Shown piece after piece: positions 41,241-52,090 of a stretch of 64,000 bases of DNA; position 1 is the stretch's first letter; the number at the start of each line of letters is the position of its first letter. A program made the position numbers and the translations under genes. This DNA is from Candidatus Kaiserbacteria bacterium. Lineage in GTDB: Bacteria > Patescibacteriota > Minisyncoccia > Phycocordibacterales > UBA918. The stretch covers positions 640,317 to 704,316 of the forward strand of contig CP064968.1 of assembly GCA_016699245.1 (NCBI GenBank), given 5' to 3'. The notes beneath the pieces are model-generated. The model saw only the letters and a program-made list of their open reading frames with translations. It ran no database searches and was not told where the DNA came from.

Positions 41241-42767
41241 TTGCTTGTTATACTGAATGAAAGTATGAAGATACTCTTCACGCGTTATTTTGTGTTGTAT
41301 ACGCTTTTCACCCTTGGGGTAATTCTCATTGGTGCATTTTTCTACATGAAAAGTCATGAGTCGAATAAAGAAATCCGGCCAACTGAGCGTGTATCACACG
41401 CAAATATCTCAGTGTTCGTAAAAGCATCTGGAAAGATGGATGCGCTTAATATAGCAAAACTCGGCTTCCCTGTTTCCGGCACCATACAGCACATCTTTTT
41501 TCGAGAGGGGGACGTTGTGAAAGAGGGAGATATTATTGCATCACTTACCCAGGATTCCATCATTGCATCATACGAATCCGCAAAGGAAACACTTGCGTAT
41601 TATGAGTATACAAAAGATGATATTGCTGCGGGGACACAAGACGTTGACAAGCAAATAGCAAAAACAAACGTTGCGATAGCAGATGCAGAACTCGCACGAG
41701 TCACTAAGGAATACGATGCTATTGTAAAAAATGCACGCGCAAGACTTCTTTCAGAGGGACTCACCGCCATTCCTGAAAAAAGCACAAATGATGACATTCC
41801 CCCAATCATTTCAGGGAACTATATCTGTGATACAGAAGGGGGGTACACGCTTAAAGTATTCAGTTCTCAATCTGCGAGTGGTTATTCATATGTTCTCACC
41901 GGTCTCGAGAGTGGTACGTACACAGCGTACACTGCTGTTGCTACACCGCTCGGCATGTGCGGGCTCACTATTCAATTCGATGATAATGATAGGTATCGCA
42001 ATACCACATGGACTATTAGCCTTCCCAACACACGAAGCCCAGAGTACCTAAATCTAAAAAATGCATATGATCTTGCAGTCACCGAGCGTACAAACGCAAT
42101 CGAGCGCGCAACACAAGCGCTCACTCTTGCGCAGAATACGGAGTCGAGTGTAATAGCACCTGCACGACAAGGGTTACTGGGGGGTGCTCAGGCAAATATA
42201 GCAGCCGCGCGAGCAGATGTTGCCCGATTTGAAGCAGAGATACGCGACTACACCATTCGGGCTCCCTTTGCGGGTACTATTACCGAAAATACACTTCGAG
42301 TGGGCGAGGTAGTACACCCCGCTCGTTCTATTTCGCTCATGGAAAATGGTCGTTACGAGTTCAAGGCACGTATTCCTGAAGTTGATGTTGCTAAGATACA
42401 ACTTGGTAATCAAGCAGACGTCACCTTTGATGCGCTCCCCGAAACACCACTTCGAGGAACTATTGCCTACATCTCACCCTACGCAGAGCAAGTAGAAGGT
42501 GTTGCATATTATGATACAAAAATTACATTTGAAACTGCTCCTGATTGGCTCCGCGCAGGTCTCAATGCCGATGTTCGTATCATCACCAAAGAAAAACAAC
42601 AAGCGCTCACTCTCCCAGAACGATTTATAGAACGCAAAAATGGAAAAAACTTTGTATATAGAGAAAATGAAACCACCCCGACACAAATTACGACCGGCCT
42701 TGTGGGTACAAATGGTCTTGTCGAGATTATTGATCTTCCACTCGGAACTCAAGTAACTGCACCATAG
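41241..42767 (+). CDS. HlyD/MacA-family periplasmic adaptor subunit (module 2, paralog)
   Basis: 508 aa. Collinear with module 1 and shares the SGYSY-x-L-x-GLESGTYTAYT insert. Confidence 0.7.
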   Translation: MLVILNESMKILFTRYFVLYTLFTLGVILIGAFFYMKSHESNKEIRPTERVSHANISVFVKASGKMDALNIAKLGFPVSGTIQHIFFREGDVVKEGDIIASLTQDSIIASYESAKETLAYYEYTKDDIAAGTQDVDKQIAKTNVAIADAELARVTKEYDAIVKNARARLLSEGLTAIPEKSTNDDIPPIISGNYICDTEGGYTLKVFSSQSASGYSYVLTGLESGTYTAYTAVATPLGMCGLTIQFDDNDRYRNTTWTISLPNTRSPEYLNLKNAYDLAVTERTNAIERATQALTLAQNTESSVIAPARQGLLGGAQANIAAARADVARFEAEIRDYTIRAPFAGTITENTLRVGEVVHPARSISLMENGRYEFKARIPEVDVAKIQLGNQADVTFDALPETPLRGTIAYISPYAEQVEGVAYYDTKITFETAPDWLRAGLNADVRIITKEKQQALTLPERFIERKNGKNFVYRENETTPTQITTGLVGTNGLVEIIDLPLGTQVTAP

Positions 42768-42768
42768 T

Positions 42769-44016
42769 ATGCTCAATCTCCGCATTGGACTATTTCTAGG
42801 CCTGAGACAGATGCAACACACGAATCCCTGGACAACAATACTTATTATTATTGTCATCGTATTCACGTTTCTCAATCTCGTCGTTGTCAGTGGCATTCTT
42901 TCAGGTATCGTTGATGGCGCTATGAAGGCAACCCGTAGTGAGGGGCTTGCGGACATTATCATTAACCCCCTCGCTGGTGAAAGCGCCATAAAGGAATCAG
43001 CACGCATCTTCGGAATACTCGATACATTCTCCGAAATTCAATCGTATTCACCCCGCTATACAAATCTCGCGACGATAGAAGCAAACTACAAAGAACGTCG
43101 TGACCTCAGTATTGATCCAGACATTATCTCTATTACCATGACAGGTATTAATCCTGTGAAGGAAGCAGAGACAGTCGCCATTGAGTCGATTATCAGTGAG
43201 GGCGAATACTTCAAAGAAGGAGAGAGTGGTTACATCATACTCGGAAAATATGCAATAGACCGTTATGCCGTGGAATTTGGAAGTGTATTTCCCTCACTTG
43301 AAAACGTATACCCTGGTGACACCGTGCGTGTCACTGCAGGAGATAGAAGTGAAGAATTTGTGGTAAAAGGAATCATTGATTCAAAAATTGATCTCATCTC
43401 TTTCAGTATGTTCATGCCTGAGAAAGAATTTCGCCGACTTTTTGGTCGCGATGACCATAATGTTAATCAGATTATCGTTAGATTAAAACCAGGAGAAGAT
43501 GAAGATGTAGTAAAAAAAGCATTGCAAATGACTGATATACGTTTGTTCACTCGCGTAGAGACTTTTACAGAGTCATTACCAAAATATATACTTGACGTGT
43601 CGAAGACGTTCGACGTTCTTGGTCTATTTGTTGGTGTCATTGGTATCATCGTGGCGTCTATTACTATTTTTATCATTATTTTCATCAACGCACTTTCACG
43701 GAGACGGCAAATTGGTATCCTCAAAGCGATTGGCATGAGTAAGGAGAGTATTGAATACGCATACGTCATACAAGCAGGAACATACACCATTATCGGGGCG
43801 GCACTTGGTCTCTTCCTCACATATTTTTTCCTTATTCCCTACTTCATAGAGAATCCTATCGACTTCCCCTATTCATATGTGTCTCTTTCACTCACCGACA
43901 CCGATCTTTTCCTTCGTGCAGGTGCACTCATATGCGTAACACTCATCGCTGGATTCGTTCCCGCATGGCTCATTACAAGGCAAAATACACTCAATGCAGT
44001 GCTTGGTAGAAAATAA
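42769..44016 (+). CDS. FtsX/MacB-like ABC transporter permease (module 2)
   Basis: 415 aa. Paralog of the gene at 39118-40365. Confidence 0.75.
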   Translation: MLNLRIGLFLGLRQMQHTNPWTTILIIIVIVFTFLNLVVVSGILSGIVDGAMKATRSEGLADIIINPLAGESAIKESARIFGILDTFSEIQSYSPRYTNLATIEANYKERRDLSIDPDIISITMTGINPVKEAETVAIESIISEGEYFKEGESGYIILGKYAIDRYAVEFGSVFPSLENVYPGDTVRVTAGDRSEEFVVKGIIDSKIDLISFSMFMPEKEFRRLFGRDDHNVNQIIVRLKPGEDEDVVKKALQMTDIRLFTRVETFTESLPKYILDVSKTFDVLGLFVGVIGIIVASITIFIIIFINALSRRRQIGILKAIGMSKESIEYAYVIQAGTYTIIGAALGLFLTYFFLIPYFIENPIDFPYSYVSLSLTDTDLFLRAGALICVTLIAGFVPAWLITRQNTLNAVLGRK

Positions 44017-44097
44017 AATTTGTTTTGTGAAAACTGGTAATGAATATACAATAAGCAGAGAAAAATCGTAATATATACTATTAACAATCACGACTGA

Positions 44098-44844
44098 ATG
44101 GCATTCGAGCATATACAACAGAATACACCCCGAACAGACTCAGTAATGATTTCGGCCTTCGGTATACACAAATATTTTATAGAAGCGGATACGTCACTCC
44201 ATGTTATCAAAAATGTGTCACTTTCTGTTCGAGAGAATGAGTTCATTGCAATCATGGGTAAATCGGGGGCTGGTAAATCTACGCTTATGTACCAACTATC
44301 AGCCCTCGATAAACCGAGTGAAGGAAGTATTACTGTTGCAGGAACCGATATTCTTGCACTGAATGAAGATGAACTTACTATCTTCAGACTCAACACGTTG
44401 GGCTATGTTTTCCAAGATTACGCACTCATTCTCGATCTCACTGCATTTGAAAATGTCATACTCCCACTCCTTATGCGCAATATGAAATGGGATGAAGCAG
44501 AGAATTTGGCTCATACTGCTCTTGAACGCGTAGGGCTTGAGACGAGGTACACACATCTTCCCAACAAAATGTCTGGTGGCGAACAGCAACGTGTTGCAAT
44601 TGCTCGCGCAATAGCAGGAAGGCCAAAAATTCTGTTTGCAGATGAACCAACCGCAAACCTTGACAGTGTCTCAGGTCGCAGAATCATTGATCTTCTTGCT
44701 GAAATAAATCAAAGTGGACAAACCGTTGTTATGGTTACCCATGAAGCAGAGTACACCGATAAGTGCAATAGGATTATCTTTCTCGAGGATGGTGTTATTA
44801 CCCATGAGGATGTGCGTGATACAACACCAGAGTACAGAGTTTGA
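44098..44844 (+). CDS. ABC transporter ATP-binding protein (module 2)
   Basis: 248 aa. GKSGAGKST and LSGGEQQRVAIAR. Confidence 0.85.
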   Translation: MAFEHIQQNTPRTDSVMISAFGIHKYFIEADTSLHVIKNVSLSVRENEFIAIMGKSGAGKSTLMYQLSALDKPSEGSITVAGTDILALNEDELTIFRLNTLGYVFQDYALILDLTAFENVILPLLMRNMKWDEAENLAHTALERVGLETRYTHLPNKMSGGEQQRVAIARAIAGRPKILFADEPTANLDSVSGRRIIDLLAEINQSGQTVVMVTHEAEYTDKCNRIIFLEDGVITHEDVRDTTPEYRV

Positions 44845-45002
44845 GAACATATAATCTTTAATCGCGTATTCCCAATGAGTGTTAATAATAAGCAATGTAT
44901 CTACCTCGCGCCACCACTGCCACGAAATCATCTGCATATGAATGAAATAAAAAACACCACGGGCGCAGGTACTGCGTCCGTGGTGTTTTTTATTTACTTC
45001 AA

Positions 45003-47099
45003 TTATTTTCCTGCAAGCGTGTCGGTAGCAGGCTCAAGCACTTTCGAAGGATCACCAATTCGCTCTTCTTTTTCGCGCATTGCCTTGTATGCATCCTCTA
45101 TCTTTACCCCCTCTGTTTTCAAAATCGCTTCGTACTCATCACGCTCAAGTGTCTCTACCTCAAGGAGACGCTTTGCTACCGCATCGAGTGCTTTCCTATG
45201 GCGCACGAGAATATCTTTTGCGCGCATACGAGCCGATTCCACAATCATATTAACTTCCTCGTCAATTTGCTTTGCGACCTCAAGTGAATAACCACGGTCT
45301 TCGCTCATACCGCCGCCAATAAGACGGCCACCTGTACCTTCAAGTGCAATAGGACCAAACTTGTCACTCATGCCATACTTGGTCACCATGTCGCGCGCGA
45401 GATTGGCAATCACCTGCAAGTCATTGGAAGGGCCAGTGGTGAGGTCGTCAAAAATCATCTCCTCGGTGACATAGCCACCTAAGGTCATTGCAATATCATC
45501 GAGAAACTCCTTCTTTGACTGCATGCGACGATCTTCGTCAGGAAGCTTGAGCGTGTATCCTGCAGCGCGTCCGCGCGAGATGATAGAAATCTTTTGTACG
45601 GGGTCGGCATACGGAAGTACTGATGCCACGAGCGCATGCCCTGCCTCATGATAGGCGGTAATCTCGCGCTCGCGACGACTGAGCACATGGCTCTTGCGCT
45701 CGGGGCCGAGCATCACCTTTTCTATAGAGCGAATGAGGTCGAACTGCCCCACCTTCTTCCTACTCTCACGCGCGGCGAGAATAGCACCTTCATTCATGAG
45801 CGAGTACAGGTCGGCTCCTGAGAAGCCTGGTGTGCGTTGCGCAATAATATCGAGATTCACATCTTCCTGGAGTGGCTTCTTGCGGGCATGCACTTGGAGA
45901 ATTGCTTCACGGTCGATACGATCAGGAAGGTCAATCGTCACACGGCGGTCGAAGCGGCCAGGGCGCAAGAGCGCGGGATCGAGTACGTCAGGACGATTCG
46001 TGGCTGCTATCACCACCACTTTTTCATTCGGCTCAAAGCCGTCCATCTCCACGAGGATTTGATTGAGGGTTTGCTCACGTTCGTCGTTCCCTCCCCCCAC
46101 ACCCGTGCCTCGCACGCGCCCTACCGCGTCGATTTCATCAACAAAAATAATTGCCGGCGCTGCTTTCTTTGCCATCTGGAAGAGGTCACGTACACGACTT
46201 GCTCCAACTCCCACAAACATCTCAACGAATTCAGAACCAGAAATTGAGAAGAACGGTACCCCTGCTTCACCCGCAACGGCGCGTGCAAGGAGCGTCTTTC
46301 CGGTACCCGGTGCACCCATCATCATCACCCCTTTCGGTATCTGCGCACCAATATCGAGAAACTTCTTTGGGTTCTTGAGAAAGTCTACGATTTCTTCGAG
46401 TTCCTGTTTTGCCTCCTTTGCACCCGCAACATCCTTGAAGGTTACTTTTTGCGTTGTGTCGTCAGGATAGATAACACGCGCTTTTGAGGAACCAAAGTTG
46501 AGCGCCTGCATCCCCGCACCCTTTACCGAGCGCGTGAAAAACCAAATGATAAACCCGAGCAAAATGAGTGGGAATAAGAAAGGTGCAAGATTAGAGAGCC
46601 AATATTTGAATCCAGACTCATTCTGTACCTTAATCGCAACACGAGAGATTTGTTCAGATGTTACACCGAGATTTGTAAGTGTTTCGGTGATGGCAGCATC
46701 ATTCTCTTTTTTGGAAAGACCCTGTGTGCGCGTTTCATCTTTGTAGTGAATTTCGAGCGCGGTACCCTTTACCACAATCTCTTTAATCTCATCATTCTTT
46801 ATTTGTTCTGCAATCTGTGAGACTGAATATTCCTCGGGTTCTCCATTTGTATCCGTCGCATAGGAATAAAGGAATGTGAGCGCAATCAGGAAAAGAACAG
46901 TCGAAAGAATATTGTTCCAAAAATTACCGGGACCTACGGGCATACGGTCAGGCATTTTGAGCGGGGATTTCTTCTTGTTTTTAGGCTTATCAGTACCCGT
47001 TTCAGTGGAAATTGTTTCATTTTCACCCGGAGCAGGCGGTGTATTTTTTTGTGGTTCGTGATTCTGTGTCATGATGCCCATTATACATATACTGGGCAT
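45003..47099 (-). CDS. ftsH: ATP-dependent zinc metalloprotease FtsH
   Basis: 698 aa. Walker A GAPGTGKT, second region of homology and the HEAGHA zinc motif. Confidence 0.9.
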   Translation of the reverse strand: MPSICIMGIMTQNHEPQKNTPPAPGENETISTETGTDKPKNKKKSPLKMPDRMPVGPGNFWNNILSTVLFLIALTFLYSYATDTNGEPEEYSVSQIAEQIKNDEIKEIVVKGTALEIHYKDETRTQGLSKKENDAAITETLTNLGVTSEQISRVAIKVQNESGFKYWLSNLAPFLFPLILLGFIIWFFTRSVKGAGMQALNFGSSKARVIYPDDTTQKVTFKDVAGAKEAKQELEEIVDFLKNPKKFLDIGAQIPKGVMMMGAPGTGKTLLARAVAGEAGVPFFSISGSEFVEMFVGVGASRVRDLFQMAKKAAPAIIFVDEIDAVGRVRGTGVGGGNDEREQTLNQILVEMDGFEPNEKVVVIAATNRPDVLDPALLRPGRFDRRVTIDLPDRIDREAILQVHARKKPLQEDVNLDIIAQRTPGFSGADLYSLMNEGAILAARESRKKVGQFDLIRSIEKVMLGPERKSHVLSRREREITAYHEAGHALVASVLPYADPVQKISIISRGRAAGYTLKLPDEDRRMQSKKEFLDDIAMTLGGYVTEEMIFDDLTTGPSNDLQVIANLARDMVTKYGMSDKFGPIALEGTGGRLIGGGMSEDRGYSLEVAKQIDEEVNMIVESARMRAKDILVRHRKALDAVAKRLLEVETLERDEYEAILKTEGVKIEDAYKAMREKEERIGDPSKVLEPATDTLAGK

Positions 47100-47163
47100 T
47101 TTTGCGAGAAATCAGGAGCGAAATATAAATCTGCACAAAATATCCATCACTCTATTATTTTGG

Positions 47164-47850
47164 TTATTTTTTTTCTTTCGGCGTATTAATAATTTTCAAT
47201 ACAACCTTCTCAAGAAAGCGTAACACGATATTTCCCCCAATAGAGACAACCACGATGAGTGTAAACAAATGAGTAATAGTTTGCTCTGTCTTAAATGCAT
47301 ATTCTGTACTCTCACTGAAAAACCAAGCGAGGAGCGTAAGTCCTGCTATGAAAAGAATGTTTGCAAACACATTTACTATGACGTAGCGAATAAATGGAAT
47401 ATTCTTTTTGGAGATAATATACACCGTAAGAAACAATCGTATGCCCACTAAAAATTTTATGAAAACGAGCACAATATAAGGATGTGTATCTGCAAGTGCA
47501 AAAAATGAGCGTTGCTCTGCTTCAACTTTTTTTGGAAACTTCTTCTTAAATTTTTTCTCAATCCATGGGCGGATTGTACTTACGGTCATACCATACCAAA
47601 AGATATCAGCTGAGAGTGACCCGAGAAATGAAAAGAGGATAGCATCCTGAATAGGAAGATATCCCTGAAAAGCCAGAACAAGAGCGAGGAGCGCTCCATT
47701 TTCTCCGGTTAGAAAGGTAATGAGCCAAATTACAAAAAGACTTACGAGGGCTATATCTGATTGGAGGTAAATCTCAGTTTGGCTGAGTATTGCTTCTAAC
47801 ATATAAGTATAGTGTATCATGCTGAAACCAGCATGAATTTTCTTCACCAT
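47164..47850 (-). CDS. DedA/SNARE-associated (VTT domain) family membrane protein
   Basis: 228 aa, polytopic. The GENGALLALVLAFQG segment resembles DedA. Confidence 0.45.
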   Translation of the reverse strand: MVKKIHAGFSMIHYTYMLEAILSQTEIYLQSDIALVSLFVIWLITFLTGENGALLALVLAFQGYLPIQDAILFSFLGSLSADIFWYGMTVSTIRPWIEKKFKKKFPKKVEAEQRSFFALADTHPYIVLVFIKFLVGIRLFLTVYIISKKNIPFIRYVIVNVFANILFIAGLTLLAWFFSESTEYAFKTEQTITHLFTLIVVVSIGGNIVLRFLEKVVLKIINTPKEKK

Positions 47851-47921
47851 GAAAGTAATGAGAGCGAACTTCTTTCCTAATCACACTTCCCTCCATTCGC
47901 GAGAAACGTTATAGTAGGAAG

Positions 47922-48365
47922 ATGGCACTCATTGTACACAAACGGGTCACCTTTGATTTTGAAATCCTCGAGACCTACGAGGCGGGTGTTTCCCTGCTCG
48001 GTACCGAGGTAAAATCACTCCGTAATGGCCAAGGGAAACTAGACGGAGCGCACGTGATTATCCGTGGTGGCGAAGCATTTCTCGTGGGTGCGTCTATTCC
48101 CGCTTTCCAGCAAGTAAATGCAGGCAAAGGGTATGACCCCGAGCGTCCCCGCAAACTCCTCCTCAATAAAAAGGAAATTCAAATTCTCGACCAAGGGAGC
48201 GAACGCCAGGGTTTGACAATAGTGCCCATTAAGTGGCATAATGTTAATTCAAAAATCAAGCTACGTATTGCCCTTGCCCGTGGAAAGAAAAAGCAAGACA
48301 AGCGTGAAAGTATCAAAGAACGCGACGTGAAGCGCGACCTCGCCCGCGATTTTAAGTACCAGTAG
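47922..48365 (+). CDS. smpB: SsrA-binding protein SmpB
   Basis: 147 aa. Conserved SmpB core with a basic C-terminal tail. Confidence 0.85.
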   Translation: MALIVHKRVTFDFEILETYEAGVSLLGTEVKSLRNGQGKLDGAHVIIRGGEAFLVGASIPAFQQVNAGKGYDPERPRKLLLNKKEIQILDQGSERQGLTIVPIKWHNVNSKIKLRIALARGKKKQDKRESIKERDVKRDLARDFKYQ

Positions 48366-48457
48366 TTACCGGTAATAAAGTACCCTCGGGTACGTCATTG
48401 TATAAGCCAGCAATTCGCCCATTGTCACTTTTTGAAGTCTTTCAAAAGGTACCAATG

Positions 48458-48864
48458 GGGGGATGACAGGCTTTGACGGTTTGCCCCGCACGATCTGTGC
48501 AGTGTCGAAGTTGGATGTAACTTCGTTAAAATGCATCTATCCGTACGTGCTAAGAAAAGCGTACCAAGTCCTTATGCTAACGCATTCGGATTCGCACCAG
48601 CATTCGCGTAACCCAAGAAATTAGGTTACCCCGCTCGTGTGGCATCACCGTGTCGAATGCCTAATACGATACGCGTGGTGATATAAACATCAGGCTCTAG
48701 TCTCTTCCCTCGCCTCCGGTAGAGACCAAATTCTTCGAGGCTCGACTGCTGATGCTTTGGTTTTCCTTTTACATCATCAGTTCAAATCAAAAGGTAAACT
48801 ACACACTGTAGACCCAGACGTTCGGTCACTCTCGGACGGCGGTTCAAATCCGCCCATCTCCACA
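48458..48864 (+). ncRNA. ssrA: tmRNA (ssrA)
   Basis: 5' GGGGATGACAGGCTTTGACGG pairs with 3' GGTTCAAATCCGCCCATCTCCA, with a G3:U wobble. The tag ORF ends ...ANAFGFAPAFA-stop. Confidence 0.8.
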
Positions 48865-48885
48865 TATAGAAATACATAGAACATT

Positions 48886-48911
48886 AAAAAACTGCCGAAG
48901 GCAGTTTTTTA
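48886..48911 (+). terminator. Rho-independent terminator after tmRNA (actgccgaaggcagt + TTTTTT)
   Basis: Hairpin plus T-run. Confidence 0.7.
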
Positions 48912-48921
48912 ATGACAACTT

Positions 48922-48950
48922 CAACGTTATGCAACGTTATGCAACGTTTA
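48922..48950. repeat. Tandem direct repeat (caacgttatg x ~2.8) immediately after the tmRNA terminator
   Basis: Seen in the sequence. Confidence 0.6.
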
Positions 48951-49350
48951 GCCAGTTCTTAATTAGTTTTTTGAAATTTTTACTTTTCAAATTTATATCA
49001 TTTAAATTTTCAAACTGAATAACCCCCCGGATATCAGAGTTCCATTCTACCAACTCATCAGGATCGGCAATAACAGGTGAGCCTTTCTTATCTTCCTTCT
49101 TTTTAGCACCCATATGGATTACAACTTTCACTTTATTTTGCTTATTCATCACATTAAAAGTGATGCGATCTTCTCCTTTATATAAATAATTTGGAGCATT
49201 CCACTTGAGAGATTCTGTTAAATCAGAACTAGAGCTCAAAATAACTTTACGTACTGCCATGATTTGCTGGAGTTTTTCAGCATCTTGACCAGAAAAAAAT
49301 TCTTCTAATGATTTATACTTTTCCATATACATAAATTTACCACAAATCAA
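48937..49350 (-). CDS. DUF1801-like protein (YdhG/YdeI family)
   Basis: 137 aa. KWNAPNYLYKGEDRITF matches the DUF1801 pattern. AT-rich gene. Confidence 0.4.
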   Translation of the reverse strand: MICGKFMYMEKYKSLEEFFSGQDAEKLQQIMAVRKVILSSSSDLTESLKWNAPNYLYKGEDRITFNVMNKQNKVKVVIHMGAKKKEDKKGSPVIADPDELVEWNSDIRGVIQFENLNDINLKSKNFKKLIKNWLNVA

Positions 49351-49457
49351 TAATCTTCAAAAAATTAGGACACTCCATTTCTATCAAAGAGGTTTTTACT
49401 TGAGTTAAACTGCTCCACCACATTAATAATACCGCTCTATTGAGCGGTATTATAGTA

Positions 49458-50066
49458 TTATCTTAAGTATTCATTTTTAGTTTGCTCTGTTAATTTTTTA
49501 CCAATTTCTACATACTTTTTCATTGCCATCTCTTCTGCATCATGTGTTGAAGCGAATAAAGCTTCCTGCTCAGCGATTGATTCTGGAGAAACCGCCTCAT
49601 CTCTTAATTTATCCAATATTCTCAAATCATTACTTCTTCTGTCAGCAATTTCTCTATAGTCTGCATAGGCATCAAGATACTCTTGTGCTAACTTAGCTTG
49701 GTTCTCAGGAGAAGTTAAATCTTCTTCTTTACTTTCAATTTTTGCTGGTTCTTCTATATTCGTAATTAATTGATTTAAAAGTTCTGTCACTTTACTACGC
49801 AAACCATATCGTCGGGTTACAGTCTCGACCCCTCTTTCACCCAACCTTACAGAATTTATTATTTCTTTTAGTTGTTCTTTATCCATTGGTTCCCCATCTG
49901 AGTATTTCCAATCGTCATATCTATCTATAACATTCACAATCAAATCTCTGAAGTCTCTACAACTTGCCACATCTTGTTCAAGTAACTGTTCTCCTTTTTC
50001 AGGATTGCCATATTTGTCTGTTTCTATCGTATTCTTTATTGGTTTATTTAAACCTTCAAATCCCAT
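49458..50066 (-). CDS. Hypothetical acidic protein
   Basis: 202 aa. No recognisable motif. Low-GC gene. Confidence 0.3.
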   Translation of the reverse strand: MGFEGLNKPIKNTIETDKYGNPEKGEQLLEQDVASCRDFRDLIVNVIDRYDDWKYSDGEPMDKEQLKEIINSVRLGERGVETVTRRYGLRSKVTELLNQLITNIEEPAKIESKEEDLTSPENQAKLAQEYLDAYADYREIADRRSNDLRILDKLRDEAVSPESIAEQEALFASTHDAEEMAMKKYVEIGKKLTEQTKNEYLR

Positions 50067-50261
50067 GTTTTCTTTCCTAGACTCATAAATACAACTTGAT
50101 TATACATTACTGTTCTACTATCTTTATGTGGCTAGTCACACTCAATATATATGGCTAACTAGGGCTGTTTTTCTCCATAGGTCTGACCTATGGAGAAAAT
50201 GATAAAAAAGTTAGTCCTAATACGGAAGTCAAAATAATTCATTTCGACTTTACAAAAAAAT

Positions 50262-50296
50262 AAAACCCCCTCGAACTAAATTGTTCGAGGGGGGTG
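50262..50296 (-). terminator. Rho-independent terminator for the minus-strand gene at 50329-51000 (11-bp stem ccccctcgaac/gttcgaggggg)
   Basis: Hairpin followed by a T-tract on the minus strand. Confidence 0.5.
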
Positions 50297-50328
50297 GAGT
50301 GATACGAGCATCTTCATAGCGTTTGTTG

Positions 50329-51000
50329 TTACTGTTCGCCGGCGGCCTCCCTTTCTTCTTTGGAACGCCAGTCGATGGACAGTCCTTCGACACTACAGAT
50401 GCTACAGCGCGTGTATCCGGGCAACATCAGGCCAGTCAGAGTCCAGGCTTGGAGTTGAGTGTGATACACGATACGGAGAGCGTCACACCAAGAATTTCCG
50501 CGATAGCGCTCATATCGAACCACTTTCTGTCCTTCGCCTTCGTGTTTCTTGATGATGTCCTCGAAAACGGACGCCATCGTCGAAACGCTCACTCGACGGA
50601 ACTCAGCGCCTCGCAGGAAAATTCGAACTTTCTGCGGAGTGTCGAGACGTGCGGTTACCAGTGGAAACTCCTTCATAAACCAGTCTTCCAGTTTCGGATC
50701 AGGCCAGAGAGTGAGACATTTCCGATAAAAGGAAAGCAGTCTATCATCGACTGGCTCGGAATCTTGACGACTCGCGTCTTTCAGCAAGGGAGCAAGTTCT
50801 TCTAACTCATCGACCGAGTTAATCGTGTCGAGGAATTTGATACTTGCTCCCCAGGCAGCTCCTTTTTCGAAAGCCGCTTCCAATTCTGCATTACGTTGAG
50901 TAGATACCATAACTGACTCCATTTCAAGGTTTTTGTTTGTTGCTAGGGGACTTGGCCGACTGGTTTCGTCATAGCAGAGAATAGCCATAAATATGGCCAC
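50329..51000 (-). CDS. Hypothetical protein (higher-GC gene)
   Basis: 223 aa. The true start is probably internal (MESVMVST...). Confidence 0.3.
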   Translation of the reverse strand: MAIFMAILCYDETSRPSPLATNKNLEMESVMVSTQRNAELEAAFEKGAAWGASIKFLDTINSVDELEELAPLLKDASRQDSEPVDDRLLSFYRKCLTLWPDPKLEDWFMKEFPLVTARLDTPQKVRIFLRGAEFRRVSVSTMASVFEDIIKKHEGEGQKVVRYERYRGNSWCDALRIVYHTQLQAWTLTGLMLPGYTRCSICSVEGLSIDWRSKEEREAAGEQ

Positions 51001-51210
51001 TTTCTGCTATGACGAAACTGTCTGGATTCATGTAAAAGAACTTGTCATACCCTAAAATATAAACACACTTAAGTCAATAGATACTGGTAATGTGCAAGCG
51101 CATTACCAGTCTGTATTTACAAACCAACCTTTTCATTATACTGTTCGACTAGCTTTTGGGTGCAGAACCCTATAAGTTCCCCATCAATTTGAACCTTCTA
51201 GGAGAACCAC

Positions 51211-51990
51211 ATGACGCACAAAGTATTGAGTCGCGAAGCGACAATACGCATTTTAGACCACATGCAAAACGGTAGGCCTCTACCGCAGAAAATCGTCGAA
51301 CACAAGGAACGCATGGAGGCAGCCACGGCCGCTGCTGAAAGGCGACATCATCCTGAAGACCTTATCGACCAAATCGAAATGGAGTGTTTGATGAGTATGC
51401 GACACGGACTTGATACGCTCTACACCAGTTGGGCTGAAGGCATTGAACGTATACGGTGGGTAGACCTTCCCGAACGTGATGGCATCACGCCCGAAATCGT
51501 GGTACGTGAATGTTGCATGTCCACCGAGTCCTTCTTCGGTAATACAGGCGTCGAGGTTCTTGCGGCATATCTCGATGCTTACGGCTATGACCGCTTGCTG
51601 TTCAGGCTGGGCGAAGCGTGTACCTTGCGTGTCAGGGAATACATTGAAAGCGCGGTGCCCGCACCCACATACGATGCCGCCATCCTCGACAAGCCCGCCG
51701 AACACTTCGGTACTATTGACCAAGATGTCCTCCGGAACAAACTGGTCGGGCACTTCATTCTTTTCGTGAACAAAACGTCGCCTCAACATGTAATCCGGGC
51801 GATGATCGCGAACATCGAATGGGGTATGGGCAATGCGGTACAGGCCATCGAGCAAGCTGGTTTTGCCTACTGTGAAGCGACAGTCGAGCAATTCGGTCTG
51901 AAACTTCGCACCGGTCACCCCGATGCCGAAAAAACCTTCAAAGACTGGGAACTCTGGAAGGCTGAGCGTTTGCTCGAGTTTCTGAAGTAA
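51211..51990 (+). CDS. Hypothetical protein (higher-GC gene)
   Basis: 259 aa. No motif recognised. Confidence 0.35.
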   Translation: MTHKVLSREATIRILDHMQNGRPLPQKIVEHKERMEAATAAAERRHHPEDLIDQIEMECLMSMRHGLDTLYTSWAEGIERIRWVDLPERDGITPEIVVRECCMSTESFFGNTGVEVLAAYLDAYGYDRLLFRLGEACTLRVREYIESAVPAPTYDAAILDKPAEHFGTIDQDVLRNKLVGHFILFVNKTSPQHVIRAMIANIEWGMGNAVQAIEQAGFAYCEATVEQFGLKLRTGHPDAEKTFKDWELWKAERLLEFLK

Positions 51991-52090
51991 CCACGCCACC
52001 CCTGCCACTTAGCCACCCTACCGATACGGTATTGGGTGGCTCTTCTTTTCACCACAGATCCACTATTTTAAGGAAAAGTTTTAAGTTACT

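Noticed and set aside
45694-46470. Several 120-136-aa plus-strand ORFs inside ftsH
   Set aside because: Arg/Ser-rich antisense translations typical of shadow ORFs opposite a highly conserved gene.
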